Below are positions 51,008 through 61,829 of a DNA stretch of 64,000 nucleotides, piece by piece. The notes below the pieces were generated by a model. That model was not told the origin of the DNA. It searched no databases and worked only from the letters and a program-made list of their open reading frames with translations. The translations under genes were made by a program, and so were the position numbers. Where the stretch lies: the NCBI GenBank assembly GCA_903813345.2, contig CAIIXF020000001.1, positions 4,960,001 to 5,024,000 of the forward strand, given 5' to 3'. The stretch is from Owenia fusiformis (lineage: Eukaryota). Every line of letters begins with the position of its first letter. Within the stretch, counting starts at the first letter, position 1.

Positions 51008-53043
51008 TTTATTATGTCACCACCAAAAAGTGGTGACATATTGTTATGGTCTCCGTTTTTTTGCGACGGCGGTTGGTGGTTGGCGTCCGGCGTCCGGCGT
51101 CTGGCGTCCGGCGTCCGGCGTCTGTAACAATTTCTTACAACTTCCTATAACTTAACAAATACTGTTTAGACTGACTTCAATTTTTTTCTAAATCATCTAC
51201 ATCTTCTCAAAAGTTCAAATCTGACTTAAGATTTGACATTTGACCTTCAATGACCTTCTCAAGGTCAAAAAGGTCTTTTTTCAACTTGCTTCACATGACT
51301 AAATTTTTTTTCAAAATCATCTACATGTTCTCAGAAATTCAAATCTGACTTTAGATTTGACATTTGACCTTCAAATCTGACTTTAAATTTGACATTTGAC
51401 CTTCAATGACCTTCTCAAGGTCAAAAAGGTCTTTTTTCAACTTGCTTCACATTGACTAAATTTTTTTTCAAAATCATCTACATGTTCTCAGAAATTCAAA
51501 TCTGACTTTAGATTTGACATTTGACCTTCAAATCTGACTTTAGATTTGACATTTGACCTTCAATGACCTTCTCAAGGTCAAAAAAGGTCAAAAAGGTCTG
51601 TTTTCAACTTGCTTCAAATTGACTAATTTTTTTTTTCAAAATCATCTACATGTTCTCAGAAATTCAAATCTGACTTAAGATTTGACATTTGACCTTCAAT
51701 GACCTTCTCAAGGTCAAAAAGGTCTTTTTTCAACTTGCTTCACATTGACTAATTTTTTTTTCAAAATCATCTACATGTTCTCAGAAATTCAAATCTGACT
51801 TTAGATTTGACATTTGACCTTCAAATCTGACTTTAGATTTGACATTTGACCTTCAATGACCTTCTCAAGGTCAAAAAAGGTCAAAAAGGTCTGTTTTCAA
51901 CTTGCTTCAAATTGGCTAAATTTTTTTTTCAAAATCATCTACGTGTTCTCAGAAATTCAAATCTGACTTTAGATTTGACATTTGACCTTCAATGACCTTC
52001 TCAAGGTCAAAAAAGGTCAAAAAGGTCTGTTTTCAACTTGCTTCAAATTGACTAAAAAAAATTTTCAAAATCATCTACGTGTTCTCAGAAATTCAAATCT
52101 GACTTTAGATTTGACTTAAGATTTGACATTTGACCTTCAATGACCTTCTCAAAGTCAAAAAAGGTCAAAAAGGTCTTTTTTCAACTTGCTTCAAATTGAC
52201 TAATTTTTTTTTTCAAAATCATCTACATGTTTTCAGAAATTCAAATCTGACTTTAGATTTAACATTTGACCTTCAATGACCTTCTCAATGTCAAAAAAGG
52301 TCAAAAAGGTATTTTTTCATCTTGCTTCAAATTGACTAATTTTTTTTCTCAAAATCATCTACGTGTTCTCAGAAATTCAAATCTGACTTTAGATTTGACT
52401 TAAGATTTGACATTTGACCTTCAATGACCTTCTCAAAGTCAAAAAAGGTCAAAAAGGTCTTTTTTCAACTTGCTTCAAATTGACTAAAAACTTTTTTTCA
52501 AAATCATCTACATGTTCTCAGAAATTCAAATCTGACTTTAGATTTGACATTTGACCTTCAATGACCTTCTCAATGTCAAAAAAGGTCAAAAAGGTATTTT
52601 TTCATCTTGCTTCAAATTGACTAATATATTTTTTCAAAATCATCTTCATGTTCTCAGAAATTTAAATATGACTTTAGATTTGACTTTAGATTTGACATTT
52701 GACCTTCTCAAGGTCAAAAAAGGTCAAAAAGTTCTGTTTTCAACTTGCTTCAAATTGACCAAATTTTTTTTTCAAAATCATCTACATCTTTTCAGAAGTT
52801 CAAATTTGACTTTACAAGTTCTCAGAAGTTCAAATCTGACTTTAGATTTGACCTTTGACCTTCAATGACCTTCTCAAGGTCAAAAAGGTCTTTTTTCAAC
52901 TTGCTTCAAATTGACTAATTTTTTTTTCAAAATCATCTACATGTTCTCAGAAGTTCTTCTTAAGGTCAAAAGGTATTTTCCAACTTGCTTTAAATTGACC
53001 AAATTGTTTTAGGTGGTGACATTTTGTCATGTTAATGCCTTGT
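51008..53043 (+). mobile_element. Helentron-associated non-autonomous element (HINE/DINE-1-like) carrying a satellite array
   Basis: 5' hairpin TATGTCACCAC-N6-GTGGTGACATA (51013-51040), (GGCGTCC)n microsatellite (51082-51123), tandem array, 3' subterminal GGTGGTGACAT (53012-53022), T-rich flanks. Confidence 0.75.
51190..53005. repeat. Satellite array of ~13 units of 123-168 bp
   Basis: AAAATCATCT unit starts at about 51190, 51313, 51470, 51638, 51763, 51931, 52067, 52215, 52351, 52500, 52636, 52774 and 52929. Confidence 0.95.
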
Positions 53044-53306
53044 ATTTGTATTATAACAGTTGTTTTAGTGATCTTTAAACCCAGTGTGATATTTCACAAT
53101 ATCAACAGTTTAATTTCCAATGTTTTATCATCATATTAGAGCAGTTTTTAGGCATGAACTATATCTAGAGCCAATCAAACGAAAGGATTATTCTTGAGAT
53201 ATGAGTGGCAGAAATGATATATGAAGTCAACTGATGGGAAATTTTGCAATGTTTAGTTAAGATGTTTAGAAGTTTCGATAGTTTTTGGCATCATCTTGAA
53301 GACTGC

Positions 53307-53612
53307 AAAGGAGGGCGAGTTGTTTGTAGAATGAATCGGGGGATTTTTTTCATGAATTTCGCTTATGTTTTTCATCCAAAAAACATCAATACACTTTAAA
53401 ACATTTTGTTTACTTTAAGATTACACCATGTAATCCAAAAATATATTTCTCATTTTCAAAGATAATCCATGGATTAACACCCAGGTATTTTTATTTGTCA
53501 ATCTTCAGAGGGCTGGGAATCAATGATGCTCAACGCTTTTGAATACGATAAATGCTGTTTTAAATAGGTTTTACGTATGCCAATAATTTCTCAAATTATG
53601 TAAGCTGAATGC
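53307..53612 (+). repeat. Left arm of a 306-bp near-identical inverted repeat (partner 58622..58927)
   Basis: Reverse complement of 58622-58927 with about 7 mismatches by eye. Confidence 0.9.
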
Positions 53613-53882
53613 ATTCCTTAATCCCTAGAATGCCTATCATAATAACATTCTTTTGTCTTGGCCACTTAATATGTTTTGTTGCTGTCTGATCATCAAATCA
53701 AATTGTTGTTATTTAAAGATGGCAGTCAAATCTGGTGAAACAGCACAACATTCACCTAAATAGCACGAGTACATATTATGTAACTCATTCATAATATTTC
53801 ATGCATCAGGTATTAAGGCTTAGGGGATTAACTTTTACACATAAACTGAACTGACAGATGTGCACGCTTACATGTACAACTT

Positions 53883-56713
53883 CACGGGTAGTATCTAAAG
53901 CCCCGCTATGATTTAGAAGTCGCGAGCAAATACCCGCTGAAATCGCGAGCAATTAAAAGAAAAGAAGGGTTATCTTTTGTTTACTTAAATTGTATGTTAT
54001 AAAAAGCGTTTTCATTTAATTTTACTCAATTATTACATGGTATTGATACTAAAAAGCAACTTCTGCAAAAAAGGATCACGAGCTGATATTCTGAGTTTTG
54101 TTATTCGATAATTGGAGAGAGAATGTATCATCTTGAATCTTTATCTATATATTTCTATATTTTATAGCTGAAGAAGGTCATTGCCCTTCAGTTGAAATGG
54201 TCATAGTAATATGAAATGAAGGTATTGTGAGTTTCACTTCCTAAAGTTTCACAAAAAATTATATATTTCAATTTTTGCATATCCCTTGAGGCCCCGCTTC
54301 TACCATGAGCAATAAACTAAAGATCCCGCTGAAAACATGAGGAGGCCCCGCTGAAAACATGAGGAGGTCCCGCTGAAATCAGGAGCAAGTGGCTCTCTAA
54401 AATGGAGTGAAGACCAATTTGACAAATCTGCCACGACTGTAGCCAACGTAATAAATATATTAATTATTGATACTCTACAGAGCACATATATATCATATAT
54501 CATTGTCATTGTTATTATCGGTTCGAGCAACCCACCCCCTTACCAAAAGCTGGCTACGAGCATGATTCCAATAAAACCATTTCACTTAATGTATTTCGAC
54601 CTGACTCCATCGAGAAATTTACCAAGAGAAGATTTAAATCCATTCCACGACTTTTGACAAGTTTCAAAGAACTCGTTCTTCTTTGTATGCAATATATATT
54701 TATATTTCACTGAAGTTACATTATACTGTAGTTCAGTATATTACTACCTTAGAGGATTCAGCACCAATGGCGCACACGTTTGAAAAGGCAATTTATGGAT
54801 CAACTGCTAGATGTAAGTAACAAAGGAGTACATCATCCGATTATGAGTCCGAAATAATAATAATCAAATAATTTCATCATTAACAATTAATCGTAGGTTA
54901 TGTTAAACGCACGTGTTACGCGGAAAACATGATGCAAATATGTGTCATATTCTGCAATAAATATGGCATATTCACTTGCGGTGTATGACAGATTCAGCTG
55001 CAGTATATTGCATACCCACTAAGCAATGAGAACACGATACAGAAGTACGCAATTGTCAATTGCATTGATTGAACAAACGGGTAATCATTGTGTCATTTTC
55101 ACCTGCGGTATATGACATATTCGGCAAGTGAGTATGACATATTCTGCAGGTGACTATCAGGTATTCACTGAAATCAATGTATCGCATATTCACGGCGCAA
55201 TATCGCATACTCACCTGCGGAATATGCCATAAACTGCAGGTGAGTATGGCATATACTGTATACCTGTATCACAAATAACACGCAACCATAAATGTATGCC
55301 ATACTCCGCGTAACATCGTATGTGTTACGCGGAATATGGCATATATTCATGGTTGCGTGGTATTTGTGATACGGGTGTATATGCCATATTCAGCTGTGGT
55401 ATATGGCGTATTCCGCAGGTGAGTATGGCATATTCCGTATTGAATATGTGATACATTGATTTCAGTAAATACCCCATGCTCGCAGAATATGTCATACTCA
55501 CTTGCAGAATATGCCTTACACCGCAGGTGAGTATGCCATATACCGCAGGTGAATCTATCATACTCCACAAGTGAATATGCCATATTCATTGTGGAATATG
55601 ACATATATTTGTATCGTGTTTACCGCGTAACAATATGTCCAGGAAAATGGCTTATGCAGGACATACGATTTATATGTCCCGGATCCTCGCTTGAGCGGGA
55701 CATACGAAAAAATTTTGCCCGGGTATGGAATATATTCCCGGTTGATATGTCCCTGAAAATTATCAGGTATGGAATACAAATCATCATTATTTTAATAAAT
55801 ATTTAAAAACAAAAACTTGAATGTTATTGTTAAATGTTATTGTTAAATTATAAAAGTAGAACCTGAATTATCATGGAGACTTTGAGGTTCTCCTTTCTCT
55901 CTAAATTTCATCTTCTTGCAACTTGGGGTGTCTTTGTTTAATACAAGACTCATTACCCTGAACCTCAGGCTTCAATTAAGTTCATTCTTGAAATGATATC
56001 CACCTTTCTCCTATACATTTTGATATGGATGTAACTCTATAAAATGTTTGACGAAATCTCTGGTGGCTTGAAGCTGGAATGGAAACATTAGAAACCTGGC
56101 CCTAGAATGAAACAGTATATATACAGTAATTATTAGAAATACTTACCTTGGTCTTTCGTGTACGTTTATTTGAAGAACCTCAATATTTTATGTAATAGTA
56201 ATGAGCTTTCCTCGTGATCGAAGCGGGTACTCGTGATATCTGCTCCTGTTTTCAGCGGGACCTCCTCATGTTTTCAGCGGGGCTTCCTCATAATTTCAGC
56301 GGGGCCACTGGCACACCTTCAATGATGTATTTCACCCCCCACAGTGGATGTTTTTGAAAACAAACTTATCAATACATACAATGTTGGTCCAATATTCATA
56401 ATGAGGTATGTATATCGTAGTTCTTGTCTCTATTTTAACCATAAAAGTAATATGTTAACAGTAAATTATGCAAACGTGCATATTGACGCCCGTTTCTTCC
56501 ATGCCAGTAAAAATAGTTATCTTTCATGTCATTGTTTGTGAAGATATACCTATTCTGAAAGTATACCTAAAGTATCAAAGAACAGTAATGCGTATTCTTA
56601 CCTTTTTGGTCCATATTTCCAGATGAATTAAATAAAAAGGACTTTGCTCGTGATTTCAGCGGGAACTTGCTCGCGATCTCTCAATTATAACGGGGCTTTG
56701 GATACAACCCGTG
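53883..56713. mobile_element. 2.8-kb non-autonomous DNA transposon with CAC..GTG ends and a perfect 5-bp TSD (Transib/CMC-like)
   Basis: AACTT|CACGGGTAGTATCTAAAGCCCCG... and ...CGGGGCTTTGGATACAACCCGTG|AACTT; ~70-bp TIR; a second inverted pair of CCCGCTGAAAACATGAGGAGG repeats at ~54290-54389 and ~56220-56306. Confidence 0.8.
54914..55632. repeat. ~720-bp palindrome of two inverted MITE-like units (54914..55315, 55323..55632)
   Basis: Each unit is bounded by TGTTACGCGG...CCGCGTAACA and built of ~22-bp GCATATTCACCTGCGGTATATG-like subrepeats; 7-nt central spacer TCGTATG. Confidence 0.85.
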
Positions 56714-56917
56714 AACTTCAAGGATTGTAAGAATTCAAAACTTGTTGATAGCCATATTTTCCTGAATGTGACATCGAGATATTATGGCATTTATGAGTGG
56801 TAAAACATGAAAAAAAGCATTTTCATTTAAAATTAGCATATGATTTGAATTGATGCCAAGAAATGTATTAGTTAACTGTATCCGTTTTACATCCATTGCA
56901 GTTGGCTACATTATAAG

Positions 56918-57077
56918 ACAAGGCATTCACATGCAAAATGTCAACACCTGCCATTTGTTACAGACACCAACTGCCAAACACCAACTGCCAAATGATAAAC
57001 ACCAACCACTGAACACCGTCCACAAAAAAGTTTGAGACCATAACAATATGTCACCACTTGTGGTGGTGACATAAAAA
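56918..57077 (-). mobile_element. Short HINE copy, same family as 51008..53043, without satellite
   Basis: Same TATGTCACCAC/GTGGTGACATA hairpin, degenerate 7-mer tract and 3' end (CATTTTGCATGTGAATGCCTTGT) on the minus strand. Confidence 0.75.
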
Positions 57078-57534
57078 TGATCATGGAAAATTGTATTTTT
57101 TTAAAAAAGTAGGAACTTCTGAGGTTATTAGAAAATTAGAAGACAAGGAAGGATTCTGGGAAGGATATTAGTGTTATAAATTGCAATGAAACTAAAACAA
57201 AACATTCTTTTTCTCAAATATCACAGTGTATATTCAAATCACAAATACGATATCATACAATTACAATAAGGGTCTAGTGCACTTTCCATTATGATATCCC
57301 CATGAACAAAATGAATCATTTTTAGGTGTAACATAAAGAATTCAATGTCACATAATACTGTGGAAAATATTTGGGCGTTTGGACCCACATGGGCTGAGGT
57401 TGAGGTCATTTAGTTCAGCAAGGGTGTATTGACTTGCCATTGAATGGGCTCCATTGACTTAACATGTGGATATCATCAATTCCAATAGAGGCCATTGGTT
57501 TCTATTGATTTTCACAAAAATACCTAAAATACAC

Positions 57535-57637
57535 TATGACCTGAATCGATTGCAAATTAAATAATTTCACAGTATGACACAAATGGTATATCACATCAGA
57601 TGTGCAAATATAAAGTTTGCAATCGATTCAGGTCATA
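57535..57637. repeat. Perfect 22-bp inverted repeat with 59-bp spacer (mini-MITE or hairpin)
   Basis: TATGACCTGAATCGATTGCAAA ... TTTGCAATCGATTCAGGTCATA. Confidence 0.8.
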
Positions 57638-58621
57638 CTTCAAATTAAAAGATTATACATTTTTTCCATCATTTTTTCCTACAAAATGGCTATAGAAAAA
57701 TGCTTCAAAAGCAACTTTTATACTAATGAAATCCCATACAACTTTCTAAATCCAAAGATTATACTGTTATGTTTCATTAATTAATAACATATTTGGATAA
57801 TATGTTGGGATGTGTAGGATGCAAATGGATTTTGACAGACACAAAAAGACTTCTTGGTTTGGCATCTCTACCCCTGTACACTTTATGATTGAATATTGGC
57901 CCTAATAAGTGGCCCATTCATCAATACAGTGCTGAATATAGGTCAACAAGATACTAGTGTACATATAAATGTAATAATACCTATAGCTAGGTCTGAATAT
58001 TAAACTCCAGCCAAATAGAGCCACCACAATATTTCAACCTTTGTAACCCTTGCAAAAAGATTTTCTTGCAATAAAAATGTAAAAATAGCTTAGGGTACTT
58101 GTAAGCCAATTTGATTTTAAGGTAGACATGTCTCGATATTTTTCAATAATTTTCATGATTATAAATACCGATAATCAATGAAAGGGACAATATTTTCACA
58201 TTTGTAAGTGTATGTGTATGCATGGTCCATGTGTATGTTACCATAATTCTTTATATCCACTTAAAATGTAAAAAATTTTGCCCAATTTATAAATATCAGA
58301 TAATTTATTCATCACCAAAATTAGTAAAAATTATCAACATGCAGAACTACCTTAAAGAGTTTAATCTCTCACTCAGTCACAATCATGTCAACCAAAACTG
58401 TACTCGTGTTACATAATATAGGATTATACAGCTTACCATACGTGTGCAATCTATATAGAATCCACACTGACATCTTTACAGAATCATATATAATTTTTGA
58501 ATATAAACTAACTCAACCCAATAAGGCGAGTACTAAAGAATTTACTTACCTGCCATCTAAAAATCTGCTTGGAACTACCATTGGATTACCATTGGATTCC
58601 TCCAAGAGAATATTCTAGGGC

Positions 58622-58927
58622 GCATTCAGCTTACATAATTTGAGAAATTAATGGCATACGTAAAACCTATTTAAAACAGCATTTATCATATTCAAAAGCG
58701 TTGAGCATCAATGATTCCCAGCCCTCTGAAGTTTGAAAAATAAAAATACCTGGGTGTTAATCCATGGATTATCTTTGAAAACGAGAAATATATTTTTGGA
58801 TTACATGGTGTAATCTTAAAGTAAACAAAATGTTTTAAAGTGAATTGATGTTTTTTGGATGAAAAACATAAGCGAAATTCATGAAAAAAATCCCCCGATT
58901 CATTCTACAAACAACTCGCCCTCCTTT
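58622..58927 (-). repeat. Right arm of the 306-bp inverted repeat (partner 53307..53612)
   Basis: Reverse complement of 53307-53612 with about 7 mismatches by eye. Confidence 0.9.
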
Positions 58928-59137
58928 CTGATAAAAAAAGTAAAAAGCTATTAAAACTGGAGTACAACTGACCAAAACATTAATACTGCTGTATATGCTT
59001 TGCAAATGTTTATACCTTTATTATCTACATCACATTTTATGAATAACTGTATACTTTTTAGAGGCAAATTTACTTATAAATATGTGTTTCGGACATAAAT
59101 TAGATAATGAATTAAATCAGATGATTAGATTAAACAT

Positions 59138-59434
59138 CCAGAGTTCATGAGACAAGGCTCAGAGGTTTTGTCTAGACATTCCTTTCTCACCAAAATCTTC
59201 CAAATTCTCAGATTCTCAGTAAACATTCAAGCTTTGTGGGCAGAAAATCATCACTATTTCTTATTGACATTTTATAAAATTAAACATTTATTTTTAGGCC
59301 AATTTTAGTTAATGGGATTTCCTAATATTCTATTGGATAAGACCTCTTATTTCGGCTCTGCCCACCTCAAAATTAAGATATAAAAGAGGCATTTTTGGCA
59401 TTGAAACCTCAGAACCTCGTTGCGTGAACTCGGG
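59138..59434. mobile_element. ~300-bp MITE with imperfect ~30-bp TIRs
   Basis: CCAGAGTTCATGAGACAAGGCTCAGAGGTTT vs rc CCCGAGTTCACGCAACGAGGTTCTGAGGTTT. Confidence 0.5.
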
Positions 59435-60943
59435 ACTAACCAAAAACTGTAAGTAACTGATTAAAATGATATTTTTTGACTTTAACTTTTCTTTAATAAA
59501 TTTATATTTTAAACTATATTTGTTTTCATGTTTTGTAAAAGATAGAGAGACTCAACTTCGCCACATAAATCGTGCAGGGACGTAAAGTTTGTATATGTAT
59601 TTGCACATTTGTACAGAAGACATAGATGTTGAATTCGAAGCCAAACTTTGGACCTACGTAGTTCAGTCAAATATGGACCCACATTTCAAAATTGTGCCCT
59701 ATTTTTTCAAAATGGCAAATTTCCTCCAAAAATACCCATATTTCTAAAAATCTAGCACGTGATGTATTTGGCCATATCACGTAGATGTCTTCAGATTCAT
59801 GTAGGGTGCCCCATGACATGTGAAAATTGATTAGTGACATTTCTTGAATCAGGTTCAAAACGCTCATTCTCCGTTAAGCGTGACTTTTGAGGTGTCAAAA
59901 TATTAATTTTTCGACCTCAACCAAAATACTAGCGCTACTTAGTTTATGGATGACGATGGTCTGTGGGTGAAAAATACCAAGTTTCCTTGTATCAAAATTA
60001 GAGAAGTTATGACGCATTGTATAAACAGTATATTTTAAGACACATTAACAAACCTCATTTACGGGACACCTATAAATACTAAAATGACAAATATTGTACA
60101 TCTTATTTCCCTGGTTGCATATCGATCTTATGGTCCTAACAAGTAAATTGATATAAATAAAGTTAATCTTCGTATTATCAAAAAGTGTGTGTCCCGCAAA
60201 TTAATCTCGGAAATTAATTTATGACTGCAGCAGGATTATATCACAAGAAATATGAAACCATGATCGGGAATATAGCTGGTTTTAGAAGAGACCCAAAGTG
60301 CCTATTAAAATATCTGTTGTATAAGATTTGTCATAATTTATGTTTGCATATTCTTTTAAATGGCAGTCCCGTAAATTAGGGCCAGAATTTCAATTCTAGA
60401 ATCCATAAGTTGGACTAGAAATTCTGATTACGTGGACCCTATGTCATAAAAAGTATTGTTTGCTGGATCAGGTATCACTATGTGACTAGTTTGCTGCTTA
60501 CTATAACTTGTTGATAAGAAGCTTACATATGAGATCAGGTTGAAATGTATAGTCTAACTCGTAAATTAGATACAACTGAGTGATAGAATTCAAAGTTAAA
60601 CTTCTGAAAGACTAAAAGATGGATCGTTAGGTTATGCATGTTTATGTTACATAACGACTGTATGCCAATTGTGTATAATGAACAGCAAATCTATGTTCAC
60701 TTATCACTTCGGTGACAAGCCATTTTGGATACCCCCACATACTTCAGGCACCTCCAAGTCAGTAACACAATATGGTGCACATGTAATATGTATTTAATTT
60801 TTCTGCCATATCATAATTTTTGATAAATATATGCCATTTATAGCATAAAAGAGCACATAGTTTGATTAACATCATTAGGAAAGGAAGTTTTTCAGGCTTA
60901 ACGGAGAATGGATGAAAAGTGCAGGTGTCCACAGATTTTATCA

Positions 60944-61070
60944 TTTTCATGTCACCACCAGAAGTGGTGACATATTGTTGTCTCCAACGTTTTTTGGACA
61001 GTGTTCGGCAGTTGGCGTTCGGCGTCTGTAACTAATGTCAGGTGGTGACATTTTGCACGTAATGTCGATT
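60944..61070 (+). mobile_element. Short HINE copy, same family as 51008..53043, without satellite
   Basis: ATGTCACCACCAGAAGTGGTGACATATTGTT, GGCGTTCGGCGTCTGTAAC, AGGTGGTGACATTTTG. Confidence 0.75.
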
Positions 61071-61823
61071 CTGAGTACAGTTATTACAAGTTTATTTGAT
61101 ATTTCCTTCAATAACACGGAAATGCCAAAGAGAGTGTAAAGGTGAACATTTTATAGGTACCAGGTCGAGTGGTTGGGTTGATTTCCTCTTGAACGCTCCT
61201 AATATTCCCTTAAGCTAGACGACAAAAGGCTAACACTGAACAGAATACTATCTGTATGTATTTAACTATCTAAAATTCTATTATTCATGAATTCTATTCA
61301 TTGATAAATATGGATAAGAATCGTTTTATACCAAAAAATACCCGCGTCCTAAAACAACGGTCCGGCAGCTTGTTTCAGGACGCCGTTCTTCTAGGCCTTT
61401 GTGCAGTTGTCTTAATGTATACAGTGTATAGAATTAGAGCTGAGGGAGACAAAGTGCGGTTTTAAGCCACCATGCTTTCACTACAGGGTGGGCCAAAAAC
61501 GCCACTTTTTTTCAACACTACAACTTTTTTATTTTCCAACCTACATACATCAAATTTTGCAGTTTTATAGTGCCAGGGGTTCTTAGTAATAATATAATGT
61601 AACAAGTCCTTCAACTTGGATTATATTTGCTCTAAAAGGTGAGTTCATTGGACCGCCACCCTAATCGATGATATATTTTGGTTTTAGTCGCCTTGCTGAT
61701 ATTGCAGTATCAATGAAGTGTTAGCTAAGTTTTTTAACCTGTCTTAAATGCCAGCTTTAGTTGAGCAATTCTCTATGTATTATATGATTTACACAAACAA
61801 ATATATATTATATTGTATATAAA

Positions 61824-61829
61824 TTTATT
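61824..61829 (-). terminator. Candidate polyadenylation signal of the NOL4-like gene (implies a ~1.8-kb 3' UTR)
   Basis: AATAAA on the minus strand followed ~20-30 nt downstream by a GT/T-rich tract (tttgtttgtgt); other AATAAA hexamers exist in this AT-rich region. Confidence 0.4.

Noticed and set aside
51190..53005. CRISPR-like array or coding repeat (105-aa ORF 52551..52868)
   Set aside because: The units are contiguous with no unique spacers and no cas genes, in a eukaryotic context; the ORF is a repeat translation.
55325..55806. Several 73-85-aa ORFs
   Set aside because: They lie within the palindromic repeat and have no domain signal.
57532..57640. RAG-type CACTATG terminus or pre-miRNA hairpin
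   Set aside because: The right end lacks the matching CATAGTG, there is no TSD, and the 59-nt loop is too large for a typical pre-miRNA.
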